From NCBI RefSeq assembly GCF_009914755.1, contig NC_060947.1: a stretch of 64,000 nt of DNA. The stretch is one strand, 5' to 3'. The notes under the pieces were generated by a model. It did no database searches. It saw only the letters and a list, made by a program, of their open reading frames with translations, and was not told where the DNA came from. Shown here in pieces: positions 50,717-64,000 of this stretch. The translations under genes and the position numbers were made by a program. Origin of the DNA: the human T2T-CHM13v2.0 reference genome, Homo sapiens. Numbering within the stretch: position 1 is the first letter of the stretch; every line of letters starts with the position of its first letter.

Positions 50717-53700
50717 TTGTTCCTGAAAATATGACAATTCAAGAAAAAAGTACAACTGTTTCACAACAGATAGATATGACCACTCCATCCCAAATTACTG
50801 GAGTAAAACCACAAAATACTGCACATTCCTCTACACTATTGTCTCAAAGCATACCTATATTTGCAACTGATTACACAACCATATCATATTCCAATACAAC
50901 ATCTCCACCTCTGGAAACAATGACTGCACAAAAAATCTTAAAGACACTGGTAGATGAGACAGCTACATTTGCAGTGGATGTTTTATCAACTTCATCAGCC
51001 ATCTCTCTGCCTACCCAGAGTATATCCATAGACAATACTACCAATTCCATGAAAAAAACGAAATCTCCATCTTCAGAAAGCACAAAGACAACAAAAATGG
51101 TTGAAGCCATGGCTACTGAAATCTTTCAACCACCTACACCTTCTAATTTCCTATCCACATCCAGATTTACCAAGAATTCAGTTGTATCTACAACTTCAGC
51201 AATTAAATCTCAGTCGGCTGTTACGAAGACAACATCTTTATTTTCAACTATTGAGTCAACATCTATGTCTACAACACCTTGTCTCAAACAAAAATCCACA
51301 AATACTGGGGCACTCCCTATCTCCACAGCTGGCCAGGAGTTCATTGAATCTACAGCTGCCGGAACTGTACCTTGGTTTACAGTGGAAAAGACTTCACCTG
51401 CATCTACTCATGTTGGGACTGCATCATCATTCCCACCTGAGCCTGTGCTCATCTCCACAGCTGCTCCAGTAGATTCTGTATTTCCTAGAAACCAGACAGC
51501 ATTTCCATTGGCAACAACTGATATGAAAATAGCATTTACAGTCCATTCATTGACTCTCCCAACTAGGCTTATTGAGACCACACCTGCCCCAAGGACAGCT
51601 GAAACAGAATTGACATCTACAAATTTTCAGGATGTCTCTTTACCCAGAGTGGAAGATGCCATGTCTACTTCCATGTCGAAAGAGACCTCCTCTAAGACCT
51701 TTTCTTTCTTAACATCCTTTTCATTTACTGGGACTGAGAGTGTACAGACAGTTATTGATGCTGAAGCTACACGTACAGCCTTAACTCCTGAAATCACACT
51801 TGCATCTACAGTGGCTGAAACTATGCTTTCCTCCACAATCACAGGACGAGTTTACACCCAGAATACACCTACAGCTGATGGACACTTGCTTACTTTGATG
51901 TCCACTAGATCAGCTTCCACATCCAAGGCACCTGAGTCAGGTCCCACATCCACAACTGATGAAGCTGCCCATCTGTTCTCCAGCAATGAGACCATTTGGA
52001 CTTCTAGGCCAGACCAGGCCCTGCTGGCATCTATGAACACAACCACCATACTCACATTTGTGCCTAATGAAAATTTTACATCAGCATTTCATGAGAATAC
52101 TACTTATACAGAATATTTATCCGCAACTACCAATATCACCCCACTGAAAGCATCTCCAGAGGGCAAAGGTACCACTGCCAATGATGCTACTACAGCCAGA
52201 TATACAACAGCTGTATCCAAATTGACATCACCATGGTTTGCTAATTTCTCCATAGTTTCTGGAACCACATCCATAACCAATATGCCTGAATTTAAACTTA
52301 CCACTTTACTACTAAAAACAATACCTATGTCTACAAAACCTGCAAATGAACTTCCTTTGACACCAAGGGAGACTGTTGTTCCATCAGTAGATATAATATC
52401 TACTCTTGCTTGCATTCAACCAAATTTTTCTACTGAGGAAAGTGCTTCTGAGACCACACAAACAGAAATAAATGGTGCAATTGTATTTGGAGGTACAACG
52501 ACCCCTGTACCAAAGTCAGCAACAACACAAAGATTAAATGCCACTGTGACAAGAAAAGAAGCAACTTCCCATTATCTTATGAGAAAATCAACTATAGCAG
52601 CAGTGGCTGAGGTTTCTCCATTTTCAACAATGCTGGAAGTGACAGACGAATCAGCACAAAGGGTGACAGCTTCTGTCACTGTTTCCTCTTTTCCTGATAT
52701 AGAAAAGCTAAGTACCCCATTGGATAATAAAACTGCAACAACTGAGGTGAGAGAAAGTTGGCTTTTGACAAAATTGGTGAAAACCACACCTAGGAGTTCA
52801 TACAATGAAATGACAGAAATGTTTAATTTTAACCACACCTATGTAGCACATTGGACTTCAGAGACATCTGAGGGAATTTCAGCTGGATCTCCCACTTCTG
52901 GGAGCACACATATATTCGGTGAACCCCTGGGTGCTTCTACCACAAGGATATCAGAAACCAGTTTCTCCACTACCCCTACAGACAGGACAGCTACGTCCTT
53001 GTCTGATGGTATCTTACCTCCACAGCCTACAGCTGCTCATTCCTCAGCAACCCCTGTGCCTGTTACTCATATGTTCTCATTGCCAGTTAATGGCAGTTCT
53101 GTGGTGGCTGAGGAGACTGAGGTTACCATGTCTGAGCCTTCTACACTGGCCAGGGCTTTTTCTACATCTGTGCTCTCAGATGTCTCAAATCTATCCTCAA
53201 CTACAATGACCACAGCATTGGTACCACCTTTGGATCAGACTGCTTCCACAACCATTGTTATTGTGCCTACCCATGGAGACTTGATTCGTACCACTTCAGA
53301 GGCCACGGTAATCTCTGTCAGGAAGACATCCATGGCAGTTCCTTCTCTGACAGAAACACCATTTCATTCACTGAGACTCTCCACTCCTGTGACAGCTAAG
53401 GCTGAGACCACCCTTTTCTCTACCTCAGTTGATACAGTAACCCCATCTACACACACTCTTGTCTGCTCAAAACCTCCCCCTGACAACATTCCTCCTGCGT
53501 CCTCCACTCATGTGATCTCAACTACGTCTACACCAGAAGCAACTCAACCAATATCTCAAGTAGAGGAGACTTCTACCTATGCTCTCAGCTTCCCATATAC
53601 TTTCAGTGGTGGTGGAGTTGTTGCCAGCTTGGCTACTGGCACCACAGAGACCTCTGTTGTTGATGAGACCACACCCTCACACATCTCTGCCAATAAGTTG

Positions 53701-56700
53701 ACTACTTCAGTAAACAGTCACATTTCTTCATCTGCCACATATCGTGTACACACACCAGTGTCCATCCAGTTGGTGACTAGCACCTCTGTCTTATCTTCCG
53801 ACAAAGACCAGATGACCATATCCCTGGGAAAAACCCCTAGAACTATGGAGGTGACAGAAATGTCCCCATCAAAGAATTCTTTTATTTCATACTCCCGGGG
53901 TACTCCATCTTTGGAAATGACAGATACAGGATTTCCTGAGACCACAAAAATTTCCAGTCACCAAACACATTCGCCTTCAGAGATTCCACTTGGGACTCCC
54001 TCTGATGGAAATTTGGCTTCATCTCCCACTTCTGGAAGCACACAGATTACACCAACCTTGACCTCAAGTAACACAGTAGGTGTTCACATTCCAGAAATGT
54101 CTACCAGTCTTGGGAAAACAGCTCTCCCCTCACAAGCTCTGACAATCACCACTTTTTTGTGTCCTGAAAAGGAAAGCACGAGTGCCCTTCCAGCATATAC
54201 TCCCAGGACTGTGGAAATGATAGTAAACTCCACCTATGTGACTCACTCTGTCTCATATGGCCAGGATACTTCATTTGTAGATACCACAACTTCCAGCTCA
54301 ACAAGGATATCAAATCCTATGGACATCAATACAACTTTTTCACACTTGCATTCACTTAGGACACAACCTGAGGTGACTTCAGTTGCCTCTTTCATTTCTG
54401 AAAGCACACAGACTTTCCCTGAGTCCTTGTCTCTTTCCACAGCTGGACTATATAATGACGGTTTTACAGTTCTCTCCGACAGGATCACTACAGCCTTTTC
54501 TGTTCCAAATGTACCTACAATGCTTCCTAGAGAATCCTCTATGGCAACGTCCACTCCTATTTACCAGATGTCCTCATTGCCAGTTAATGTAACTGCCTTC
54601 ACCTCCAAAAAAGTTTCTGACACTCCCCCAATAGTGATAACTAAATCTTCTAAAACAATGCATCCAGGTTGTTTGAAAAGTCCCTGTACAGCCACTTCTG
54701 GGCCTATGTCTGAGATGTCCTCAATACCAGTTAATAACTCTGCTTTCACACCTGCAACAGTCTCTTCTGACACTTCCACAAGAGTTGGGTTATTCTCTAC
54801 TTTATTGTCTTCAGTTACCCCCAGGACTACTATGACCATGCAAACATCTACATTGGATGTCACACCTGTGATATATGCTGGGGCTACTTCAAAAAACAAA
54901 ATGGTTTCCTCTGCTTTCACTACAGAAATGATAGAGGCACCTTCCAGGATCACACCTACGACCTTTCTCTCTCCAACAGAGCCAACTTTGCCCTTTGTAA
55001 AAACCGTTCCCACCACCATTATGGCTGGGATAGTGACTCCATTTGTAGGCACCACTGCCTTCTCTCCACTCAGTTCTAAGAGCACTGGAGCTATTTCCTC
55101 CATTCCAAAGACCACATTTTCACCATTTCTATCAGCAACTCAACAGTCATCACAAGCAGATGAGGCTACAACTTTGGGCATATTATCTGGGATTACTAAC
55201 AGGTCCCTATCTACTGTGAACAGTGGTACAGGGGTAGCTCTCACAGATACTTATTCCAGAATCACTGTTCCTGAAAATATGCTTTCACCTACTCATGCAG
55301 ATAGTCTCCATACTTCCTTCAATATTCAGGTTTCCCCATCTCTGACTAGCTTTAAGAGTGCTTCTGGACCCACAAAAAATGTTAAAACAACCACCAATTG
55401 CTTTTCTTCTAATACTAGAAAGATGACTTCCTTGTTAGAAAAGACTTCCTTAACAAACTATGCCACATCTTTGAATACCCCTGTTTCATACCCTCCATGG
55501 ACCCCATCCAGTGCAACTCTACCCTCTTTGACATCATTTGTTTATTCACCTCATAGTACTGAAGCTGAGATCTCTACTCCAAAGACCTCTCCTCCTCCCA
55601 CATCCCAAATGGTTGAATTTCCAGTTCTGGGAACAAGAATGACATCTAGTAATACCCAACCTCTGCTTATGACTTCCTGGAACATACCCACAGCTGAAGG
55701 TTCTCAGTTTCCAATTTCCACCACTATTAATGTACCTACATCCAATGAGATGGAAACAGAGACTCTACACCTTGTTCCTGGGCCTTTGTCAACATTCACA
55801 GCCTCTCAGACTGGTCTAGTATCTAAAGATGTCATGGCAATGTCATCAATTCCTATGTCAGGAATTCTTCCTAACCATGGGCTTTCTGAGAACCCTTCAT
55901 TATCAACATCTTTAAGAGCTATCACTTCCACATTGGCTGACGTTAAGCACACATTTGAGAAAATGACCACATCTGTAACTCCTGGGACCACACTCCCATC
56001 AATTCTTTCTGGTGCCACTTCAGGATCTGTAATTTCAAAGTCACCCATTCTGACATGGCTCTTATCTAGTCTCCCTTCTGGCTCCCCTCCGGCAACTGTA
56101 TCTAATGCCCCTCATGTTATGACTTCCTCTACAGTAGAGGTGTCAAAATCAACATTTCTGACATCTGACATGATATCAGCGCACCCATTCACTAACTTGA
56201 CAACACTACCCTCTGCTACTATGAGCACCATACTCACCCGAACCATTCCTACACCTACACTGGGTGGTATCACTACTGGCTTCCCAACTTCTCTCCCTAT
56301 GTCTATAAATGTCACAGATGACATTGTGTACATTTCCACACACCCTGAGGCATCCTCCAGAACCACAATAACTGCCAACCCCAGGACTGTGTCTCATCCT
56401 TCATCCTTCAGCAGAAAGACTATGTCACCTTCTACAACTGACCACACTCTATCTGTTGGTGCCATGCCTCTGCCTAGCTCTACAATAACATCTTCATGGA
56501 ACAGAATTCCAACTGCATCATCACCCTCTACTTTAATTATTCCTAAGCCCACACTGGACTCCCTTCTAAATATAATGACTACTACATCCACTGTTCCTGG
56601 AGCCTCATTTCCACTCATATCCACTGGGGTGACATATCCTTTTACAGCAACTGTGTCTTCACCAATATCGTCCTTTTTTGAAACAACTTGGCTGGACTCC

Positions 56701-56758
56701 ACACCTTCCTTTCTATCTACGGAAGCATCGACTTCGCCTACTGCCACCAAGTCCACAG
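50717..56758 (+). CDS. ADGRG4: ADGRG4 giant mucin-like Ser/Thr/Pro stalk exon (6042 nt)
   Basis: Open for more than 2000 codons, S/T/P-rich with many N-x-S/T sequons; acceptor ttttttag|, donor cag|gtactg; phase 1-1, in frame with both neighbours (RC-F-VPENM, KST-V-SFY). Confidence 0.97.
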
Positions 56759-57771
56759 GTACTGCTCCATAATGCATGTGGTGTAGCCCCAACAGAATTC
56801 ATGCACTATGGGTCATGTGTTCTCCAAAGTGGCCCGTTCTTGGAAGGCAGAAAAGAATGAAGAAGGGTGCAGGTGTTTCTTGTCTCCTTCAGACAGTGGG
56901 TACAGTGAGTACCTTGTCCAAATACAAAATTCTCTAGCCATCTTTCTTGTCTTTGCCTTATTGAAATATAATGTAAATGTATGTTTTCACTCAGCATGAC
57001 AATTTCTAAGCCTACTTTCCACCTGTTTTGTTCTTGACTGTCTGACTCTGATTCTGCCAATGTGCACATGGACTAGGAACCTCATCCCTTCCCAGTAAGA
57101 GAATCATACGGCCTTAGGTCTGAGCATGCTGACCACACACCAGAAAACACCAGAAAAAAACACCAGAATATATCTTATCTTGCCTTTTGGATTCCTTTTA
57201 TGCAGGTCTCAGCCTTCTCCAATCCCTACCTGCAGCTGACTAGGAGTGCTTGTCCAAGGCCAGGGAATATTTGGCTTCCATATTGTTCAAATTTGGAATA
57301 TTCCTGCAACTTTTAACATTCTACAATAGAAATTTGATAGGATACACAAGAGCAAAAGGGAAAAAAGGAGAGAAAAACCCAAAGCAGAAAACAAGGCACA
57401 GGAAGAAAAAAACAGTTACTTTCTCAGAGAAAATGATCTTCTGAGATAATGTTCAGTTTGGCCATTGAGTGGACTGAAAGTCTGTTGGCCAATGAGAGTG
57501 GAGAATTGGTGGGATTTGTGGAGTGTCTGTCAACTAGAAATCAAGGAAGTGCCCAAATAAAGCAAAACTGGGATGGTAACGTCCTGTTCTGCTTTTTGAT
57601 ATGGAGCCGAAAGTGTTGGTTCTTGACCTTGGAGTTAAATTAAGCTAAGTTTAGGCATGAGACGTTATTATTTGGTTTACTTTAAAACAGAGAACACTTT
57701 TCACCAAATTTACAGAAGTCAAATTTCTTGAACTAAATGAATAAAATTAACCTCCTTATTTTTAATTACAG

Positions 57772-57866
57772 TTTCCTTCTACAATGTTGAAATGAGCTTC
57801 TCTGTCTTTGTTGAAGAGCCAAGGATCCCTATTACCAGTGTTATAAATGAATTTACGGAAAATTCG
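57772..57866 (+). CDS. ADGRG4: ADGRG4 exon (V)SFYNVEMSFSVFVEEPRIPITSVINEFTENS
   Basis: ttacag| acceptor, |gtaaaa donor, 95 nt, phase 1 to 0. Confidence 0.9.
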
Positions 57867-58708
57867 GTAAAATAATCTTTTGCATATTTATGGCATATAT
57901 AAATATATGTGAATATATACATTTATATATATGACAGAATATATTAAAACTAGGCTTTACTTTTTTCTACCAATAATAAATTTCACAGCTAAGTAGTTTT
58001 TTTTTTTTTGCTGCAAATCTGTCTACTCTGTAAGCAACATCATGAGAATGTATGCAATCTCTCTTTCATAGTGCCAATGTTGAAAGCTTTTATGGAACGT
58101 TATTATTTTCATTTGTTGAGATCTGTACATTTCCCTTTAGAGACACAAATTCTGAGTCTTTGCCAAATTTTCCTATTTGGGAAAAGTGGGAGAGCAGTGA
58201 TAACAAAATGTATACTTAAATACAATGGTATTTAAGTATTATTGTTTTCTGCATTTTATTTCTTTTTCCAACACAATGAATGTTTTACTTATCCTTAATT
58301 TTTTCTTGATATGACTAATACATACTCTCTGTAACAAAATCAGACATTGACATCAAAAACCCAGAAAGTAAATGTCCTCTCTCTAATACTGCTCTGTGCA
58401 TTAACTCCTCTTAATAGTTTAAGGTACATTCTTTTAGATATTTTTTCTGTGCATATTATAACATTGATGCATGTGTGTTCTTTTACAAAATAATTGTAGT
58501 TGTACTAGTTATGCTATTTTTCAACTTGCTCCCCCTCCTCTGCACTTAACCATGTATCTTTGCACATATTCATGCTGGTAAATATAAATCATACACTTTA
58601 ACAGATGCATAGGGTTTCACTACATGGTTGTAGTATAGTTTTTTTTTTAAATCCTTTGGTGGACATTTAAGTTGTTTCTATCTTCTTCTCTATTTAGAAA
58701 CAATGCTG

Positions 58709-58840
58709 GGCTGGGCACTGTGGCTCATGCCTGTAATCCTAGCACTTTGAGAGGTTGAGGCAAAAGGATTGCGTGAGCCAAGGAGTTTGAGACTAGCCTG
58801 GGCAACATGGCGAGATCTTGTTTTCTTTAAAAAAAAAAAA
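58709..58840 (+). mobile_element. Alu monomer (FLAM-like)
   Basis: Single arm with A tail; TSD agaaacaatgctg. Confidence 0.85.
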
Positions 58841-59119
58841 AGTTTAAGAAAGAAACAATGCTGAAAACAATTCCCTAGAAGTAAATTTTAAGGCACTTAA
58901 GTATTTTTATAGGATAAATTCCTAGAATTGGAATCAGTAGATGAAAAGATGTGAACCTTTCACATTTAAATAGCTGTCACTAAATGGCCTCCCAGATAGG
59001 TGACACCAACTTGCACCATCTCCCAACAGCAAATAATCATATCTGTTTCCCTTCTTTCCCTGTCAGCACTTATTTTCAAGTGTCTATGGCTTGGTTATAA
59101 ATCCTTGAAAATGGGTGGG

Positions 59120-59503
59120 TGTATTAGTCTACTCAGGCTACCATAACAAAATGCCACAGACTGGATGGCTTAAACAACAGATGTTTATTTTCTCACAGTT
59201 CTGGAATCTGGAAGTCTAAGATTAAAGTGCTGGCAGAGTTGGTTTCTGGTGAGGCCTCTCTCCTTGGTTTGCAGATGGCCATCTTCTTAACTGTGTCCTC
59301 ACATGGACTTTCCTCTGTGCATACGCATCCCTGGTCTCTCTTTTTCTTCTTATAAGGACACTGGTCCTGTTGGAGTAGGGCTCCACTTTTATGATCTTAT
59401 TTAACCTTACATCCCCAAAGGCCTTATCTCTGAATATAACCACATTCGGGGTTAGGGCTTCAACATTTGAGTTTTGGAAAGACACAATTCAGCCCATAAT
59501 AGC
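59120..59503 (-). mobile_element. MaLR LTR (MLT1A-like)
   Basis: tgtattagtc...ccataacaaaatgccacagactgg. Confidence 0.82.
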
Positions 59504-59661
59504 AGGTAAAACGTAAATGGAAAAACTTAATGGAGCAGATGGAAATGTTGAGCCAGCTGAAATAATGAGTGCAGCTTAATGATCACACCATCCCAAGTGA
59601 TTTTGCTGAGTTAAACTAGAGGAGCAGAATACTAAAACTGATTTTTTTTTGTCTTGTACAG

Positions 59662-59726
59662 TTGAATTCTATATTTCAGAACAGTGAATTTTCTCTTGCT
59701 ACTCTGGAAACCCAAATTAAAAGCAG
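59662..59726 (+). CDS. ADGRG4: ADGRG4 exon LNSIFQNSEFSLATLETQIKS(R)
   Basis: gtacag| acceptor, cag|gtatgt donor, 65 nt, phase 0 to 2. Confidence 0.9.
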
Positions 59727-60542
59727 GTATGTGAATGACATTTACTGTGGGTCAAAGGGCAATTTGAGGGCATTTTGGGTCTGTTCCTATCTGGAGGGGA
59801 TGTCCTATGTTTATGTCTGAGATTTAGGGCTGCCACATTTTTAGTTGCATCTTCCTTCCTGAGTAGGTTCTTTTTGGCATGAGGAAAAAAATTGTATTAC
59901 TATTGTAGGGCACAAAGCCAATGGGAGAACAAAACAAAAGAAAATCAATAGGGGAAGTCATGCAGTTAGACTGAGTTACCTCTAATGCCCTTTTCATCTC
60001 TAAGTTTCTATGAATCTGTGATTTATACAAAAATCATGCTTTGAAGTGCTATGTATGGACAATGCACGAGGATTTATAAGGCCTTTTATTTTGGAATGAT
60101 TCACTTTCAGAAAAGAGAAATTCCAAAGTGAACTTGAAATGTCTAAAGCAAGAATGTTGACTAATCCAAGATTTGCTTGGGGCACAAATTTCGAAAGGTG
60201 ATTGCAGTGAAATGGGCAGGCACTGAGTAGTATCATGGAAACTATGGCAAAGGCAATTGCTCACCTGAGAAGTATTTCCTGTATTCTTTCGCTGCACATA
60301 TACTAGTCCTCTGTAAAGGGACACCCCGCAGAAGCTCTTTGAAAAATAGGCATGGCTCTGTTAAGCCATGGCAAACTGATTTTTAAAACATAAAATGCTA
60401 CTGCCTGTCTTCTGTACACTGGGACTTTGGTTTCTCTTACATATCCAAGTATTAATTATTAATCAAGTATTAATTCATATACATATTAATAGGTTCAAGA
60501 AAATTCATATAAATGAATGGAGGTAAATGTACGGTAGGTTAT

Positions 60543-61545
60543 TGTCTTAGTCAGTTTTGAGTTACTATAACAAAAATGCTATAGACTAGGTGGCTTAAGC
60601 CACAGAAATTTATTGCTCACAGTTCCGGAGGCTGGGAAGTCCAAGATCAAGGTGTTGGCAGGTTCAGTGTCTGGTGATGGCCCTCTTCTTGCTGTGCCCT
60701 CAAGTGGCAGAAAGCAGAGAGACAGAAAGCTCTCCTGTCTCTTCTTATAAGGGTACTGTTTCAAAAAAATTCAAACTGTTTTTTTTCCTCTGTTGTCATA
60801 CCAACACAACAATCAATATAGAAGACTTCTACGACCAAACGTGTGGGGATTTTCCCCCAACACACCAAGCAGCTGACACCAGCTGGTTGTTCTCTACTTC
60901 AATTCTATTCTGGTGTTATCCTCTCAAAAATAGCTTCAGATCTCACAGGTCCCCAAGACTGCCCCTCACCCCAGACACTAGTCAAAAGTCCAGGCCTCCA
61001 GAACTTCTGACTAACTGACTTCAACTTGGGGTTCCCGTGACCCACTCTTTGAGCTTGATTAATTTGCTAGAGCAGCTCAAAGAACTCAGGTAAATACTTA
61101 TGTGCATTGGTTTATTATAAAGGATACTGCAGAAGATACGAATGAAGAGATGTGTAAGGCGAGGTAAGGGACAAGGGGAATGGAGCTTCTATGATCTCCC
61201 TGGGTGCACCACCCTCCAGGAACCTCCATGTATTCAGCTCTTGGGAAGCTCTCCAAACCCAGTCTTCTTGGGATTTTATGGAAACATCATTATGTCAGCA
61301 TTCCTTTCCCAAGTCTCATATGAGGCAAGACTCTTTCTGGAGAGGGTCTTAAGACTCACAATCAGAAAGGTGAAGAAAGATTAGAGTTCCGCCTTGGGGC
61401 AGGTGAAAGGAGGGTGGGAGAAGATCAGAGAGATTCTGTTTGCTGAAGCCAGCTTCTGAGGCCTAGCACACCTAACATTATAACAAAAGACTGTAACAAG
61501 GGCTATGGGAGTTATGAGCCAAGAACTGTGGATGAAAACATATGT

Positions 61546-61581
<36 letters not shown>

Positions 61582-61730
61582 ACACATATAACACATCAGG
61601 CACCGATTCCATTCATGAGAGTTCCACCTTCATGATCTAATTACCCCTCAAAGGCCCCGCCTCCTAATATAATCACACTGGGGATTGGACTTCAACGTTG
61701 AATTTTGGGAGGACACAAACATTCACAACA
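60543..61730 (-). mobile_element. MaLR LTR (MLT1A-like) interrupted by another LTR
   Basis: MLT1 sequence at 60543-60756 resumes at 61599. Confidence 0.8.
60757..61598. mobile_element. Solo LTR (MER21-like) with (CA)n near one end
   Basis: TG...CA termini; 5-bp TSD ggtac / ggcac (60752-60756 and 61599-61603). Confidence 0.72.
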
Positions 61731-62450
61731 TTTAACTCACTAAACCAAAACTAGAGATGTCTGGGGGTATAAAACATTCTTTTTAAAAACTGTGTCTATT
61801 ATTTTTCCTTATTACAAAAGTAATATGTGACCACTGTAAAATCTTAGAGCTTTACAGAAATATATATATATATAACATGGACGGTAAAAATCTCTGAATA
61901 CTTGCCTTCCCCCACCCCTTCAAGAACTCCTGTTAACAGCTTATTTTATTGATTTTTCTAGATTTGTTTTCACACATTTACTAAGAGAATAAGATTCTCC
62001 TCTACATACTGTTTGACAACTTTCTTTTCATGCTTTGTAATACATCATGTATGCCTTTTCAGGCCAATACATGCAGATATAGCTCATTTGTTTTAATAAT
62101 TGTACAGGATTCTTTTATATGATATGCCATGATGTTTTCCTCCAATTATCTAGTGATGGACACTTGAGTAATTTCCACTTGTATGTCTATTTTTATGCAC
62201 TTTTGCTGGTACCATTATGGAATAGATTCCAGGATGCAAGGTTAATAAATCAAAGGCTTGCCACCATTTTGGTATGCATATAATAAGCAAGCCCATTGGA
62301 AGCATTCCTCTGGAGCCCTAGCATTATTTGAATTCCAGGCTGGGAGAAGTCTACTGTTCTGCCTCAGAGTTGCCTTTCTCCTGATCTCATGCCCTGTATA
62401 CTTGGTACTATATTTCATTTTCCTATAATTTTGTAATGCTTTTGATACAG

Positions 62451-62490
62451 GGACATTTCAGAGGAAGAGATGGTCATGGATCGAGCTATT
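62451..62490 (+). CDS. ADGRG4: ADGRG4 exon (R)DISEEEMVMDRAI
   Basis: atacag| acceptor, |gtaagt donor, 40 nt, phase 2 to 0. Confidence 0.88.
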
Positions 62491-63039
62491 GTAAGTAATT
62501 TTTCAAAATGAATCTACTTGTGACCTATCCTATGCCTGATTAGATGTAAGTCAATAGCTCTTCCACCCAAGTATATATTATCAGGCGAGGCTTTGTTGTG
62601 GCAATTGGGGGTCAAATTACATTACTTCCTTTGGGATTGGTACAAAAAGCCATCAAGAAAACCATCCCCTGCTTTTTTGAACTATCCATGTGGCAGCTTT
62701 TTGAGGCACATTTTCTGGTCTACAGGGATTGTAAATGGTAAGTGAATTTCTTCGTTATAGATGTCTTGCAAAAAAAACCTAGCTCTTCCAAGAGTGACAC
62801 AATTGTTTGCAAGACTGGCATTCACACAATAAATCCACCCTCTATTTGTCCAGATTTGAAGCCAGAGTGTGATAAAACTATCTCCCATCATCCTTGCCCC
62901 AATTCTCAGTTCTTGTTCCATTGCCTCAAAGCTTTACAATAGCACACTCTAAAATGAGTAGCAAGCACACAGCTTTCCAGGTATTTAAGTGTGAGGTAAG
63001 TATTTGATGATACAGAATACAATCAAGCCCACAGTACAG

Positions 63040-63346
63040 GGGCCAGAAGCAGTGACTCACACCTGTAATCCCAGAGATTTGGGAGGCTGAGGTGGGAGGA
63101 TTGCTTGAGGCCAGGAGTTCAAGACCAGTCTGAGCAACATGGGGAGACCCCATCTCTACAAAAAATAATTTAAAAATATTAGCCAGGCACGGTGGTGCAT
63201 TCCTGTAGTCCCAGCTACTGAGGAGGCTGAGGCGGGGGGATCACATGAGCCCAGATTTCAAGGCTGCACTACACTATGATTGCACCACTGCACTCCAGCC
63301 TAGGTGATAGAGCAAGGCTCTGTCTCAAAAAACAAACAAACAAAAA
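63040..63346 (+). mobile_element. AluJ-like element
   Basis: Dimer with A-rich tail. Confidence 0.9.
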
Positions 63347-63489
63347 CCTATAGTGCATAGTGCATTCCAAATTATCCACTATCATTAAAAATATTTTCTG
63401 TAAATAGCTGAGTCAGAAATTTTGATATATACACATTATAGCATGATATAACTAAAATTCCTTTCAGTAACAGGTGTAAAATCCTTTTG

Positions 63490-63930
63490 GTGATAATATG
63501 GTCAAGCTGCCTGGGTTGGAACCCCTGCTTTTCCACTTCCTGACTATGAGACCTTGGGCAACTTAATTAACTTCTCTGTGCTGGAGTTTCCTCATCTGTA
63601 AGATGAGGACTGTTGGAAGGATAAAATGAGATCATCTATGTTAAGTGTTTAACACTGGGCTTAGAACATAGTAAATGTTTGATAGTGTTTACAATTGTCA
63701 ATTGCATGTTAATATCTAGATCCAGAAGGCTTAGATTCTGCTCCTAGTTCTGTGTCTTGTCAACTGTGTGATACTGGGCAGACCATTTAACTTCTCTGTG
63801 ACTCAGATTCCTCATGTAACAAAGAGGGCGACAATCCCTGTATTGCCCACCCTACAGGGTTGGTGTGAGGAGTAAATGCATTGATGTTTTTGAGGGTAGT
63901 TTGCAGACGGCAATGAGTTACATAAATGTG
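63490..63930 (+). mobile_element. Two adjacent MIR fragments
   Basis: MIR cores accttgggcaacttaattaacttctctgtg and ctgggcagaccatttaacttctctgtg. Confidence 0.75.
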
Positions 63931-64000
63931 AAGCATAATTATATAATTGTTGTTAACAATAAGCCCTGTACTCAGTTATGACATTTGTTTAAAGATTTCA

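Noticed and set aside
50871-56792. Many Val/Glu/Gly-rich antisense ORFs
   Set aside because: Shadow frames of the Ser/Thr/Pro codon bias of the ADGRG4 exon

Overview
Human (primate) genomic DNA; no prokaryotic features or CRISPR arrays. The + strand carries the 5' part of the adhesion GPCR gene ADGRG4 (GPR112). Its coding exons splice in frame: a signal-peptide exon (15117-15186), a pentraxin-domain exon (29109-29723), a giant 6042-nt Ser/Thr mucin-stalk exon (50717-56758) and three small exons (57772-57866, 59662-59726, 62451-62490). The gene continues past the window. Upstream, on the - strand, is a processed pseudogene of STK24/MST3 (~1474-6904). The most unusual structure is at 1.4-8.9 kb. 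A twin-primed L1 carrying a ~500-bp 3' transduction splits the retrocopy. A second twin-primed L1 re-uses the retrocopy's own target site. The two L1s form a ~1.8-kb-arm inverted repeat with almost the same inversion breakpoint and shared non-consensus variants, and they enclose the CpG-rich retrocopy 5' end, head-to-head with ADGRG4. The rest is intronic Alu, L1, L2, MIR, MaLR/LTR and microsatellite sequence. Repeat subfamily names and most repeat boundaries were called by eye and are approximate.
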